DNA of 63,483 bases, filler included, from Chiloscyllium plagiosum (lineage: Eukaryota), in the NCBI RefSeq assembly GCF_004010195.1. It is 4 parts of one record of this genome, joined end to end, with 100 filler letters (N's around TTAATTAATTAA, not from the genome) between each part and the next. Parts side by side here need not be neighbours in the genome. Positions count along the whole stretch, not along the records: positions 1 to 29,049 come from NC_057714.1; positions 29,150 to 44,712 come from NC_057714.1; 2 more parts are not named here. One strand, 5' to 3'. Each line of letters begins with the position of its first letter. The stretch's first letter is position 1. The notes under the pieces are model-generated. The model was not told the origin of the DNA. It worked only from the letters and a program-made list of their open reading frames with translations, and did not search any database. Shown piece after piece: positions 23,915 through 37,635 of this stretch. The translations under genes were made by a program, and so were the position numbers.

Positions 23915-25130
23915 TGGCTCAAAGATTGTGGCTGTTGCAGATCAGTCATGTCAACTACAGGACATTTCTGCAGGTGTTCCACAGGCTCCCTTAGACCCAA
24001 GAAGCATTGCATTGTCAATGACCTTCTCTCCATCATCAAGTCAGAACTGGAGATGTTTGCTGATGACTGCTCAATGTTGCTTGAAATTCCTCATAATGAA
24101 GTGGTGTGTGTCCAAATGCAGCAAGATGTAGCTGATAAGTGGCAAGTAACATTTGCATCACACAAGTTATCACCCGCGTCATTCAATGTTTCCATCACTG
24201 GATTTACCCAATATAAGTATCCTGAGGATTACCATTGATAAGAAACTATATGGATTAGCCATATAGATAAAATGGCTAGAAGAGCAGGTCGAAGGCTAAG
24301 AATGGTGCAAAGGGTGACTCAACTTCAGCAATCACATTCTCTTTACCATAAGGTCAGAAGTGGGAATATTCACTGACTATACAGGACCATTTGTGACACC
24401 TCAGACACTGAAGCAGTCCATATCTAAATGTCACAAAACCCGTAAAATGTTCAAGTTAATGTTCATGAGAGGCAAACGACACTTACACCACAATAATGTT
24501 AGGCAATGACCTTCTTCAATAAATGAGATTCTAGCCATTTTTCTTGACGTGCAATGGAATTATTATTACTGATTTTCCACTATCAAGAGGGTTACCATGG
24601 ACCTGAAACTGAACTGGATTAGCCATATAAGTACAATAGATACAAGAGCAGGTCAGAAGCTAGGAATCCTACAGTAAATAACTTACCTCCTGACTCACCA
24701 AAGTCTGTTCACCATCTATAAGGCACAAGTAAGGAGTATGATGGAAAATTACCCAAGTGTCTTGATGAGTTAAGCTTCAACAACACTCAACAGGTTTGAC
24801 ACCAACCAGGAGAACACAGCACGCTTGATTGGCACCACATCCATTCCATCATTCACCAATGCACAAAAGCAGCAATGCATGCTATCTATAAAATGGCTCC
24901 TTGGATAACTCTCACAAATACACAACCACGACCATCTAGAAGGACAAAGGCATAGATACATAGAGGCAGTACCACCTATAAATTCCCCTTTGAGACATTC
25001 ACGATCCTGACTTGGAAATATATTGCCATTCCTTCACAGTCTTTGGGTCAAAGTCATGAAACTCCTTTGTGGATTTATCTACTCAAAACAGACTGCTGAA
25101 ATTCAAGAAGGTAGCTCACCACCATCTTAT
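23915..25130 (+). mobile_element. L2/CR1-group LINE fragments (two overlapping 3' pieces)
   Basis: RT motif NDLLSIIKSELEMFADDC; the block ggattagccatata...agagcaggtc is present twice (24252, 24616); 3' region homologous to 56875-57430. Confidence 0.7.
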
Positions 25131-25721
25131 CTACTGACAGAAACAAGCCTTACTAAATGCACTGCCATCATCAGTCTTCCCAGTTACTTCCGCAGAGAAA
25201 CTTAATACGTTAGTAAGACATAACTTGCCTTAACAAAACCATTACTTCCAGGCACCTATTCCCAGAACTCAACAGTCATGGCAAACTCAAAATGTTAACT
25301 TTATTTCTCTCCACAGATGGTACTGGACCTGCTGATTTTCACCAGCGTTCTCTGTTTGATTACAATAATTCGTCCCTTGTCTCCTATTATATAGCTTCAC
25401 CAGCACTGGAAACTGTGACCCTTGGAAATAACTGAAGTTACAGGTAGTTGCTATCAGGATACTATGCATGTCCAGACAGTGGTCACCTACCAACTATATA
25501 TTTGGAATGAAATCCTTTACTGTACACAAATTGCAGTATCCACACCACTGATGCCTTGATAGCTATGTCTGTGCAATTGATAGTACTTAAATTTTAGGGA
25601 ATGTGGCAATTTCCTCAAAACCCCTTGCTCTGGCTGTTGCTGTCAGTAATAATCTTTATGCTAATATCTACTCTCCTAAACAACGGAGAAGATTTCATAT
25701 AGCCCCTAAAGTGAGGGAAAA

Positions 25722-26045
25722 GGCTTTTCAGCCCATCAAGTCTGCACCAATTTTCTGAAGACCATTCCACTCAGACCCAACTCCCCACCCTATCCACATA
25801 CCTCACATTAACCATGTCTAATCCACTTAACCTGCACATCCCTGGATACTACAGGGCAATTTATCATGGTCAATCCACCTAACCTGCACATCTTTGGACT
25901 GTGGGAAGAAATCACAGCATCCAGAGGAAACCCACACAGACATGGGGAGAATGTGCAAACTCCACACTGGCAGTCTCCCAAGGCTGGAATCAAACTCAGG
26001 TCTCTGGGTTGCTGTGAGGCAGCAGAACTAACCACTAAACCACAG
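25722..26045 (-). mobile_element. HE1/V-SINE
   Basis: Reverse complement of the V-domain (cacatctttggactgtgggaagaaa...aatgtgcaaactccacac) and of the tRNA-like head. Confidence 0.85.
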
Positions 26046-27095
26046 TACTACCCATTGCCTGTGACTATGCTGGTAACGATCATCTACTCATTACGGGATA
26101 GCACACAGATCTCCTACTGATTCTTGTAAGGATCCTAAGGAGTTGAAATTTAAACTCACCATATACAATTCCTATAGAAAATGCTATCTTTTGAAAAGTG
26201 ATCATGAACTTTTCAGCCAAACACAGAAAACATTCTCGAACAAGAATTTACATTAAGATATTTACTGCAACAATCACACTGAAATTAATATATACTAAAC
26301 ATCATTTAACAGGCAACTAATACACCAAACTACAGAAAGCATTTTTCTGTATGAACTAATTGACACAACCATGTGTTCTTCATGACCTATTTATACATTA
26401 AGCTTTGTTCAGACAGAAACGTGTGGCCTTGTAGAATCTTTCCCAGCATTTCAGAAAGCCAGGTCTTTTTGATTGTCAGTCCAGCTAAATCTGAGAATGT
26501 CTCCTGTAAGATGTGCCGAGTCACCTGTGCCTCAAGGTGTGAAACTGGCACATGAGTATCCATGGGTTTTGACCCGTGACCACCAAATGACATGGGCCTG
26601 TCCCTGGGCAAAGTTCAGAATGCTTATCATTTCCAATATCATTTCAGAACTTCCTGTTTTATTATAAATTAAAGGAAATATTTTAAAACACAGTCTTCTT
26701 TTAAACTCCTCCCCTTGTAACACCATCCAGAAAGCATTCCTCTACCCTTTGAAAGTTTATAATTTGCAGACAATTATTGTGCATGTTTGCATGCTGGATT
26801 ACTTTTAGGTTCCTGATGCACATTAGTACCAAATATCGAGAGATTTACCATTAATTCAATCTGAAGATCTGGACTACTGAGTTCCTTTAAAATAAAGACA
26901 ATTGAATGTCAACGCCATCCTGATCAGGACTTCAATTTGGAACTGTACATCACTTCGCCAATTTGTTACAGAATTCTAAGTACTTTTATAATTGTAAACA
27001 CAGTAATGGGTGAAGACAAGTGAGCTTAGTGAAGATATCACTACACCACTAGGTGTCAGCATTGGATGATAAACAGTAATCTTGCGTTATTGTTT

Positions 27096-27703
27096 ATGAT
27101 TTGGAGATGCCAGTGTTGGACTGGGGTGTACAAAGTTAAAAAGTCACACAGCACCAGGTAATAGTCCAACAGGTTTATTTGGAAGCACTAGCTTTCGGAG
27201 CGCTGCTCCTTCATCAGGTGGTTGTGGAGTATAAGATTGTAAGACACAGAATCTATAGCAAAAGTTTACACTGTGAAATAACTGAAATTATATATACACA
27301 TACACATACAAGTTGTGGGCTGAATTTATACTTGCAAAATTACATTTTACTTTGCTCAAAAGCTGCATGAATCCATGTAAGGTTCTGTCAATCTGTTTTT
27401 TTAGATTAGAATCAGTCTGACCATTGTGGCACAGACAGTCTCACACAGGGCAGCTCACACCTTCAATGCATTATCTGGGCCGACATGACACTTGTTAAAG
27501 TTCACTTGAGAATGTAACTTTTAAAAACGTTCTGCGATTTACATCTGAAAGAACTGAAATCAACATGGTCATTCTAAAAGATGACAGACTTGACAAACAA
27601 TCCAGGTCTTTTTCAAAATATAATTTCAGTTATTTCACAGTGAAACTAGTGCTTCCAAATAAACCTTTTGGACTATAACCTGGTGTTGTGTGATTTTTAA
27701 CTC
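27096..27703 (-). mobile_element. PLE-derived non-coding element with inverted termini (family B)
   Basis: 27134-27190 is an inverted repeat of 27646-27702, with a second inverted pair at ~27270-27293 / 27619-27642. Intact hammerhead on the minus strand. TSD attgtttatg (27089-27098) / atcgtttatg (27704-27713). Confidence 0.8.
27186..27220 (-). ncRNA. Minimal hammerhead ribozyme motif
   Basis: Minus strand: cac-CTGATGA-A-GGAGC-agc-GCTCC-GAAA-GC-TA-gtg. Perfect stem II, 3-bp stem I, palindromic AGCT in place of stem III. Confidence 0.75.
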
Positions 27704-28211
27704 ATCGTTTATGTCTAAATAATACACTTTGATACTGTGGCATAAATGTTTTGCTGTTAAAAGTTTCTTTAAGTTTTTAAAAATTCTTGTACCAAACTAA
27801 CCTATCCAGTTTTACGAAGTCGACCAACATAAAGAGAAACATTAATAGATTGGCTAAGATCCTCTGCCCAGGATTGGAAAATCTATATCTAACCCTTAGC
27901 AAACAAATAACCATTTCTCTTCTTATGACTTTTCTGACCAATTTTCAGATGAAAGATCCTTCAGAACTAATGTAATGCAAGAATCCTCAAAGTACAAATC
28001 TGAGAAGACACTCAGAAAAAAAACACCACCTTCTAAAAGCCATTTTTATTGCACTAGCCGCTGTAATTCAACAAATAAAACTGACAACTATCGTAAAGCT
28101 TTGAAAAGCTATCTTGAGAAAACAAGGGATTAGATGAGCAATATAATTGGGTAAGGGAATAAGGTGGTAGCTAGGTAGACAAGTGGGTTACTTGGGTTGA
28201 GGGATAGTTGC

Positions 28212-28925
28212 TTAGACCATAAGGCATTAAGACATAGGAAGGTAAATAGGCCTTTGAGCCCATTGAGTCTGGTCTGCCATTCGAACATGGCTGATATGTT
28301 TCTCAAACCCTGCCTTCTCTCCATCACTCTTGATCCCTTTACCAATCAAGAACCTATCTCTGACTTAAATACATTCAATGACTTTATCTTTGCAGTGCTC
28401 TGCAGTAATGAGTTCCACAGATGCATCACCTTCTGGCTGAAGAAATTCCTCCTCATCTGAGTTCTAAAAGATTGGCCTTTCACTCTGAGGCTGTGCCCTT
28501 GAATCCTAGTGTCTCCTACTAGTGCAAACATTTTCACTACATTGAAAGTTTCCAGGCCTCTCAGTATTCTGTAAGTTTCAATCAGATCCCCACTCATCCT
28601 TCTGGTTAACCTGACCTCAGGTATTGGAAAGATTTTAGAGTCTGTTGTTAGGGATGAGATTGCAGACATTTTGAAAGTGCATGGTAAAATATTGCTGAGT
28701 TAAAGTCCTCAATTGTTCCTCAGATCACAAGCCCTTCATCCTTGGGTCATTCATGTAAACCTCCTCTGGACCCCCTTCAATGCCAGCATATCCTTCCTTA
28801 GATACGGGGCCCAAAACTGTTCACAATATTCCAAATACAGTTTGATTCGTGCCTCACACAACCTCACACATCCCTGCTCTTGTATTCTAGTCCTCTTGAA
28901 ATTAGTATTAACATTGCAATTACCT
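28212..28925 (-). mobile_element. CR1 LINE 3' fragment with a short opposite-strand CR1 piece (~28606-28700)
   Basis: SGDLIETYRILRG...GHSLRVKGQSFRTQMRRNFFSQKV..LWNSL on the minus strand. Confidence 0.8.
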
Positions 28926-29049
28926 TGCTTTGGGGAGAAAGTGAGGTCTGCAGATGCTGGAGATCAGAGCTGGAAATGTGTTGCTGGAAAAGCGCAGCAG
29001 GTCAGGCAGCATCCAGGGAACAGGAGAATCGACGTTTCGGGCATAAGCC

Positions 29050-29149
29050 NNNNNNNNNNNNNNNNNNNNNNNNNNNNNNNNNNNNNNNNNNNNTTAATTA
29101 ATTAANNNNNNNNNNNNNNNNNNNNNNNNNNNNNNNNNNNNNNNNNNNN
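29050..29149. other. Assembly gap with artificial linker
   Basis: N44-TTAATTAATTAA-N44, 100 bp; same structure at 44713 and 61552. Confidence 0.97.
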
Positions 29150-29304
29150 CTGCAATCTTCTTCCTGACCTCTCCGCCCCCACCCCCACTCCGGCCTATCA
29201 CCCTCACCTTGACCTTCTTCCACCTATCACATTTCCAACGCCCCTCCCCCAAGTCCCTCCTCCCTACCTTTTATCTCAGCCTGCTGGACATACTTTCCTC
29301 ATTC

Positions 29305-29332
29305 CTGAAGAAGGGCTCATGCCTGAAACGTC
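29305..29332 (+). ncRNA. Minimal hammerhead ribozyme motif
   Basis: CTGAAGA-A-GGGC-tcat-GCCT-GAAA-C-GTC. Confidence 0.7.
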
Positions 29333-29430
29333 GATTCTCCTGCTCCTTGGATGCTGCCTGACCTGCTGCACGTTTCCAGCAACACATTTTCAGCTCTGAT
29401 CTCCAGCATCTGCAGTCCTCACTTTCTCCC

Positions 29431-30775
29431 TGACGGGATCTATCTCAGGATACTGAATGAGGAAAAGGAGGAGATTGCTTGGGGTGGGCTTGGCAAAGAT
29501 CTTTGTATCCTCTTTAGCCACAGGCTAGGTCCCAGAAGACTGGAGAATAGCAAATGTTGTTTCTTTGTTGAAGAAGGGCAACAGGGATAATTCAGGTAAT
29601 TTTAAGCCAATTAGCCTTACATTAAAGTGGTAGGGAATTTATTGAAGGTGATTCTTAGGGACAAGATCAACTCGCATTTGGAAAAAAAATTGACTGATTA
29701 GGTATAGTCAACATGGCTTTGTGAGAGGAGGTCTTGTTTCATAAATTTGATTACATTTTTTGAGGATGTGATAAAGATGATTGATGAGGGTAGGGCAGCA
29801 GATGTTGGCTACATGGACTTTACTAAAGCATTTAGCAAAGTCCCTCATGGTTGGCTGGTCCAAACAATTAAGTCACAAGGGATTTGCAATGAGTTGTAAG
29901 TTGGTTACAAAATTGGCTTAGTCATAGAAGGCAGAGGGCAGTTTTGGAAAGGTATTTTTTCTGACTGGAGGTCTGTGACCAGTGACGTTCTGCAAGAATC
30001 AGTGCCGGGACCCTGTTGTTTGTAATTTATTTAAATGATTTGGACGAAACTGTAAGTGATCCAATTAGTAAGTTTGCAGATGGGACAAAAAATGGTGGTG
30101 TTGTGAGGGAGGTTGTCAAAGGTTACAGCAGGATATAGACAAGCTGGAAAGTTGGGCAGAGAAATGGCAGATGGTGTTTAATCTGGGCAAGTGTGAAATG
30201 ATGTATTTTTGGACGTCATATGCAAGAAGAAAGAATACAGTAAATGGCCAGACCCTGAAAAGGATTGATATACAGAGTGACATTGCAGTACAAGTCTATC
30301 ACTCCCTAATATGCCAACACAAGTGGATAAGGTGATAAAGAAAGCATGCACCATGCTTACCTCCATCAGTTGGGATATTGAGATAGACCACATTTGGGGT
30401 ATTGTAAGGAATTCTTGTCCACACACTATAGGCAGGATGTGGAGGCTTTGGAGAGAATGCAAAAGAAGTTTACAAGGATGTTGACTGCATTGGCTATAAA
30501 GAGAGGTTCAACAAACTTGGATTGCTTTCATGAGAGCATTAGAGGCTGAGGGGCAACTCGGTAGAGTATATAAGATTATGAGAGGCCTGGATAGTATGGA
30601 TAGTCAGTCTTTTTCCTAGCAACATTTAAGAGGCATGAGACAGAAACATGAACAGGCAGAGAATACAGGGATATAGACCATATGCAGGTAGATGGGATTG
30701 ATTTAGAATGGCATCTTGGTCAGCACAGACATAGCAGGGTCTGCTTCTGTGCTGAACTGTTTTATGCTTCAATAG
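29431..30775 (+). mobile_element. CR1 LINE RT to 3' tail, degraded
   Basis: agtcaacatggctttgtgag, atggacttttactaaagcattt, aagtttgcagatgggacaaa and other CR1 RT motifs; CR1 tail near 30700-30775. Confidence 0.85.
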
Positions 30776-32229
30776 AACAGAAGTGGTCTCCAATAACTGA
30801 GGAATAATACATATTACTCTATCATTTCAAAAGTAGTGTAGTATCAATTTGAGATTCATTTGGTCATTGAGCTACTATCCTTTGTGTGGATGGGAGTTAA
30901 AAGAAATCCACAAGGTGCTGTCAATGTTCATCAAAAGAGCACAACAAACTATAAGAGAAAAAAATTATAGTGGATTTATAAAATAAGTGTTTTTTGAAGA
31001 GTTCTTGTAGTTTTTCAACTTTATCATCCAGTGAATATAATCTGTTTATGTCTTCTAAAGCGTTTTGATAAGATATTTATGAATGTTGTAACTTGTAGAA
31101 TTGCTGTCCATTTTGCCATACAGGTAAAATAAGTATTTGACAATAAGTTGAAATACATCAGGGTGGGAACAATGGCCAGAAGAGTAATGAAGGGTTCTTC
31201 TCTTGGTTACCAGCTGTTCACTCTTTACAGACCTATAGAGGGAGCTTTATAATTTATAACAATTTCTCACAACATCAAATTATGAGCCAGATTGGAAGCA
31301 TTTAAAGTGATATGTGCTCATTGAGTTGGAAAACCAAGGAATGGCAGATGATTTTTAATGGAATTCAATGTACGGTCATGCATGTTGAAGCACAAGATGG
31401 ATATAAATTAGTAAAAGTGGAAGAGGTATAATGTGAAGATCAATGTATTTGATTTGACATGTGAGTCAGCTTTGGAAGTTGATCATGAAATTGAACCATG
31501 GATACAGTATCATAATAAAAAACAACCTATTTTGGACTTTAATGAGGATAAATAACTTCACACAAAAGGCAAAAAATCTTTGGAATTCTTTATCTCAGAG
31601 TCATATGAAGGCTCAATCATTGGGCATGTTCAAGAGAGATAATAATCAATTTCTAGATATAAAAGGCATCAAGTGGAATGGAGAATGTGCAGGAAATGAC
31701 GTTGATGTAGATGATTAGCCATGATCTAGAAAAGCAGCGTAGTTTCAGGGGATGAGTGGCCTATTCTTTTCCCTACCTCCTGTGTTGCTATTGAAACACA
31801 ACTCATGTAGGAACTTCATCTCACAGAGTAATTGACATGCAATAAAAATCCAGACAAAACAAGGCAGCTTTGGAAAAGTCCTGAACAAATATCTGATTTG
31901 AAATAAAGTCAAGATTTGGTGTGTAATTTCAGACAAAGATAATCAAATGCTGTATATAACAATATCATTCTAGTGTGTGTGCCATGCCAATGTGTAGATG
32001 CATAATGTCTGTAAGATCAAATTCATTTTCCATTTGACAGTTCACATGCAGCAATTTACACAGCAGTGGAAGTTTGAATACTGAGCAATAACAAGAAAAG
32101 GAAGGAATCAAAGCAAAAGTAATTTGGAATACTTACTAAATCAGAGAGAAATAACAGGATGGAATTGTCAAAGATGAAAGATGCAGAGGTTAGCACCAGT
32201 ATCAGACACTAAATTAAAAAGCAAAATTT

Positions 32230-32480
32230 AAAAGGATATAATCTGTGGATTAGTACCTCAGGCATCTGCACATTGGCATTGGGTACATAAAATTAGAGAA
32301 ATGACTCTGTTGCTGAAAGACTGAGGTGGAAACAAAGGATTCTGGCTCAAGGACCATTGACACCAATACTGGGGAAAGTGGCAGCTGTACTATTGGGACA
32401 GTTTCGACCTGAACTGTGTAGGGACCAGTGTTTTTGTGAACTGCATAAGCAGAGAGGTGCAAAAGATTATAAACTAAATA
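32230..32480 (+). mobile_element. Degenerate CR1 ORF1 esterase (SGNH) fragment
   Basis: IICGLVPQASAHWHWVHKIREMTLLLKD*GGNKGF...HQYWGKWQLYYWDSFDLNCVGTSVF parallels the ORF1 at 53421-53855. Confidence 0.6.
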
Positions 32481-32621
32481 GCAAGGGCAAGGAGGCAAAT
32501 GTGGAAAGCTGTAACATATCAAAGTAGACACGGGGTTAATGAGGAAAGTAGCAATATGGAAATGGAGGGTCAGAGAACAGGTGGAAGAGACAAAGGAAAA
32601 ATAAAACCTAGGAATGCAAGG

Positions 32622-32931
32622 GGTAGCATGGTGGCTCAGTGGTTAGCACTGCAGTCTCACAGCACCAGGGTCCCAGGTTTGATTCCAGCCTTGGTGACTG
32701 TTTGCGTGGAGTTTGCACATTCTCCACATGTCTGCATGGATTTCCTCTGGGTGCTCCGGTTTCCTTCCACAGTCCAAAGATGTGCAGGTCAGGTGAATTG
32801 GCCATGCTAAATTGTCCATAGTGTTAGGTGCATTAGTCAGGGGGAAATGGGCCTGGGTGGGTTACTCTTCAGAGGGTCAGCGTGGACTAGTTGGGCCGAA
32901 GGGCTTGTTTCCTCACTGTAGAGAGTCTAAT
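32622..32931 (+). mobile_element. HE1/V-SINE, full length
   Basis: ggtagcatggtggctcagtggttagcactgc head, V-domain and CR1-type tail. Confidence 0.9.
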
Positions 32932-35857
32932 ATGAGTTTCTCCAAAGATTACGTGTTTCAAAGATAACAATAAGACACAACTGGTGATTTTGTATCTGAA
33001 TTAGCGTACCATTCATAAACAAAGTAAACAAAGATATAGTACACATTATAGCAAACAAAGACAGCCAATTCTGCTCTAACACTACAGTTCTGTTCTCGTG
33101 AAATCCCATGTTCTAAGAAAATAATGTAATAGCAGCACCATTTAAACTAATGGGACTGGAATCACATTATAACCAATACACTGCACACATTTTAAAAGTT
33201 TGTGTGAGAGTAACAGTGTCCCCACTTCATCAATCATGTTATAGTGAATTAATATTAATGCAATATGCGTTTTAGGAGAACGACCTGTAAGATAAATAGC
33301 CATTATAGAGGGTAACAAAGGTTGAGTTCTGAGTAATGAAGGTTGTATCCAAGAAGAACAAGGTAGCAGGTGAAGATGGAGAGACAGCACTGCTGATTAA
33401 GGATGGCATTGGTGCAACGGTTAGAGATTACCGTGGTTCCCTTTGATTACCTTTGATGCTGTTTTCAGTACCCATTCCCATGCTGGTTGCAAACTCTTTG
33501 CTGCTCTATCACTCTGTTTTCAGCTCCAATTCCGATGTTGGTTGTGAACTATTTTCTATGGTTTCACATGGTTTTCGGGTCTCCCTAATGCCATGCTGAT
33601 TGTTGGAAGATGAAAGCAACTGTGTTTTGTTTTATTGAAGGACTGCAATTCTGTGGAGAGTGTGGTGTGTCATAAATTTAAGGCTCTTATGGCCCAGGGA
33701 GAATGTCCCAGTTTCTGGACAAAGGCCCAGGTTCATGTCCCATCTACCCCAAAGATATGCAGTAACACATCTCAACTGGTTGATTTAAAAACACTTAATA
33801 AGGGTGTTCATTTCTGTGATTTAAAATATAACTTGCCTCCAAAAATAATGTGTTATTAAGTATTTGTAATCATTTGTGAAAATTCTTAGAATATGAAATA
33901 TTGCTGTATTTTTGATCTTGTAATTGGCATTTTGACTTTCTTTTGAAACACTTTTTGTCTCTATCGTGACATAGCATGTATCATACTAGAATAACAACAA
34001 CTTGCATTTATATTGCACCTTTAAAATTGTCAACCATCCGTAGGTATATCATAGAAGTGGTATCAAATGAATTTTCACATGAAACCAGATAAGGAAATCT
34101 GAGGGCAGACAAATAAAAGCTTGGCAACGAGTTAAGGTTTAAGACATGCTGTAAAGAACACAGTGAAAGACAGAGAGGTTTGGGTTGAGAGGGATTCCAG
34201 AGCTCAGATTCCAAACATGACCACTAGTGCCAATGAAATCAAGAATACCACATCATTCATTTCTTCATCCCATGTATTCTGCTCAACAGAAAGTGGCTGA
34301 TTGTCTGCTGCTGTTTCAATCAGATTATTTCACTTAGCTGTTAATCATTGCCTTCCATTCTCAAGGGTTAGGTAAACAAGCAGGTCGTAAGTTTATCTCA
34401 GCTGATATGGGAGTCAAACCCACTGGCACTCATCTGAACCAAATGCTAATCATCAGCCAACTGAGTTAACTGGACTCACCACATCAAAACAAGCTTTCAG
34501 AAGATGTGTAAAGATGGAGCATTTACTTTTCATTCAATATATTTGCTGAATGCATTGGCTCTCATTCAAAATTGGGTCAACATGACAGTTTTCTTGCTGA
34601 AAATGTGCAAATTGAGTGATAACTCTTGTTTACACAGGCTTGCGTCACACAGCTGCAAAGAGACAATTTTTAGCAAAGGACTTTTAGCAAGATAAGCCAC
34701 AATATAAACATATGTAATAGATGGGACAAAATAGGGAACCAGCAAGATTACCCCACAATCATTTGTTTGTGATGTGCTTACAGCAAATATCTGTATTTCT
34801 GTTCCATCTGTGATTAGACAAAATGAAAATGAACAGAGCAAAAATGGCAGGAAATGAAATTGAGATAAGATTCTTTGGCAAAATCCTTTAGGCTCTTGGG
34901 GAATCATATACAAAAACACCAGAATAGCTTCTAGAGGCATGAGATCAACAAACAAATATTTCTGACCAAAAAGTAGATATAAAAGAAATTCAACACTTTT
35001 TCCGAAACAGAATTTAAGAGATGGAACTGAGAAGAAGTGACAAAAGAAAGCATTAGAGTAAACAAGGATTTTGAATAAGATTTTTCTCCATTATCTTGTA
35101 TGTTTAGGTTGTACTCCTTACAAAAGAGAAGCTTAACAGCTGATTTATTTCAAAATCATAAGAGAGTCAGACAGAGAAGATCGAGAGAAACTGTGCCACT
35201 TAATGGAAGGGTCAAGAACCAGAGGAAATTTGAAAAATGAACCAAAGAGACATGATGAGGAGAAACTTTACTTAAGCAGCAAATAGTTTGAATGCATTCC
35301 CTGGAGGCAAATTCAATTGTCAAAGTGAATTGGATAAACACCTGTAGAAGAAAACGGAATGCGGCACAAGGTAGGGAGAGTACATGTGATGAGGTAGATC
35401 ACTCCTGCAGAGATCTGGCAAAAGCTCACTGGACCAAATTGCCTCTCTCTGCAATAGAATGGTCATACATTTCTGTGGACAGAAAGCAGACCCAAGTACT
35501 AATCTCAGCAAAAGTACTGTGGTAAGGTGGTGTCAAGGGATTTGTTATGCTTCAAGTAGTTGAGATGCTTTTATGAATTAATGTAGTGAATGATGAAAGG
35601 GTGGCTAAGCAATTAAGATTAATGTACATTAGTATGCAAATCAGTTTGGACATACTTGCAAGATATGCCCAGGAGTTAAGTGTGTGTAAATAGCTGACAG
35701 CATCAGATGTACTGGTGATAAATAAGTAGCTTTAAATATGACATTATCTTAGTTAGAAAGTTTGTGAGAAAGATAGTACAATGACTGGATGATAACATAA
35801 ATATAGTAGAGCAAGAACTCATTCAACAAGTTATCTGATACATCCATGCATCTGATT

Positions 35858-36148
35858 TGGGAAGGCGATGACTTAGTGGTATTTTTGCTAGGCTATAAAT
35901 CCAAATACCCAGATTATGTTCTGGGAACCTTGGTTCAAATCCCACCAAGACAGATGGCAGGATTTGGATCAATAAAAATCTGGAATTAAAAGTGTGATAA
36001 TGATCACAACACCAATTTTGGGAAAAGCTCGTTTGCTTCACTAATGTCCTTATCTGGTCTGGCCTAAATGTGACTCCAGACCCACAAGCCATGACTCTAA
36101 TTAGGGATGGACAATGAATGCCCACATTGTCTGAATGAATAAGAAAAG
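35858..36148 (+). mobile_element. SacSINE1-like DeuSINE
   Basis: tRNA-like head (ttagtggtatt...ggttcaaatcccacc), Deu block tcactaatgtcc...tggtctggcctaaatgtgactccagacccaca, and LINE-like tail tagggatggacaat...gcccacat...aatgaataa. Confidence 0.7.
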
Positions 36149-37429
36149 ATTATAGATCTATTTGGTCAATACATGGACCATATAAAAATGTTATGAGTCA
36201 TAGCTGTTTTGCATACAATTGGATTTGCATACAATTTTCAATCTGGCCTCTCTTGCATGTTTGAAATGTGGAAGATGAAATATTTATGCACAATTCCTGG
36301 GGAAAAATGCATTGACATCAGTGATCTTCATTTCATAGTTGTAGTTTATTGGGACAATGATGGAGCAGTATCTTAATCACTGATGTCTGAATAGATCATT
36401 ATAGGATGAACACAAAGTGTTTTGTGAATGCAGTTCATATAATCCTGTGCTTGAGCAAGTTATGATGTCAAAAGAAAAACATTTGCCACCCCATATGGCG
36501 TTTCTGCCATGCTAATGTTAATGTATGTCTCACTGTAGTGAAACAGAGCATCTGTCAACTGTGTGCTGGAACAGTGGAAGATTGCTTATCTTTCTGAAAA
36601 GGTATGGAAAAACCCTACAGCCAATATGTTTACAGTAATTTTGGCTGATGGCTTGGGTGTTCTGAGTCCCTATTCTTTTATTATAGAACTGTATTGGCAA
36701 ACTGTTCTGTCATGAAAATAATGAGTTTGAGTCACATTAAGAATGTATGAGGAGTGAATGACTCATACCCCCAGCCCCGAACTAAAGTTAGCACTTTGTC
36801 AAAAGATGGAGAACAAGTCTGTCCTGCAGGTATAAAGTACCACCAGGGGCTAGGTTAATGCAAAGGTGGATGTTACTTCTCAACAGCAGAAGTCCTACCT
36901 CTGCAACTATGGTCAACCCAAACAATTTTGGCAACAACAGCATTTCTAAGTAGGTTCTGCCAGGACTGCAGGTAGGTCCATCGATGAGGTCCAATGAAAC
37001 CCAGAAGCAACCACATCTGGCACATTTGGGAAAGGGGATGCCCATCTTAGGTAAAAGGGTGAGAGGTGGTAGGTTTTGAAGCATGGGCAGGGAAGAAAGT
37101 CTCCAAAAGAGCAAGGGCACCCTCTGAAAATGATACACTCTTTCCTTCCTGTTGATTTAAAAACTTAAAAGAAAAGATATATCCACTCCCACCTGACTGT
37201 CTATGCCAATGGCATTAGAATATGGGCAGGTGCACATTAGAATCAACAGGTTTATTTAGAAACACAATTGATTTCTAATTATTCAGTGACGTATGGCGAA
37301 TGAGCTGCTAACTTTGGTAGATGATGGCAAGGTGATGGGTTTGTTACCCAACCTTTGATACATGAGTCTTGCTGAAAATACCCATGGTAGAGGCATGTAA
37401 TATGAAGCCAAGTTTATTAGTTTCTCGAG

Positions 37430-37635
37430 AGGGTCAGTTAGCTCAGTTGGTTGATTTGTGACCTAGGTAGTGTGTGTTCAATTTCCGCACTTGCTGAGGT
37501 TGCCATAAAGAATCTACTTCTTAACCTCACCCTTCCCTGAGATGTGGTGACCCTCAGGTTAAATCACCACCACTTTGACTCCTTGTAATGAGAAAGCAGC
37601 CTTATGATCTGGTAGGACTATAGGAACTTTACATT
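37430..37635 (+). mobile_element. tRNA-derived SINE, same family as 23148-23350
   Basis: ttagctcagttggttg A-box, gttcaatttcc B-box, shared body sequence. Confidence 0.55.

Larger units (their letters stand above)
28933..29430. mobile_element. PLE termini in inverted orientation on both sides of an assembly gap
   Basis: 28933-29049 is the reverse complement of ~29314-29430; hammerhead at 29305-29332. Confidence 0.8.

Noticed and set aside
26056..26722. Possible solo LTR (TG...CA with ccat/ccat flanks)
   Set aside because: A 4-bp match and TG/CA ends can occur by chance; no second copy or internal domain in the window.
29094..29105. Palindromic TTAATTAATTAA centred in N-runs (also 44757-44768 and 61596-61607)
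   Set aside because: Identical N44-linker-N44 structure three times; an artificial six-frame-stop scaffolding spacer, not biology.
32622..32695. tRNA-like A/B boxes at SINE heads (also 19828, 35858, 37430, 39090-39150)
   Set aside because: Continue directly into SINE bodies; not tRNA genes.
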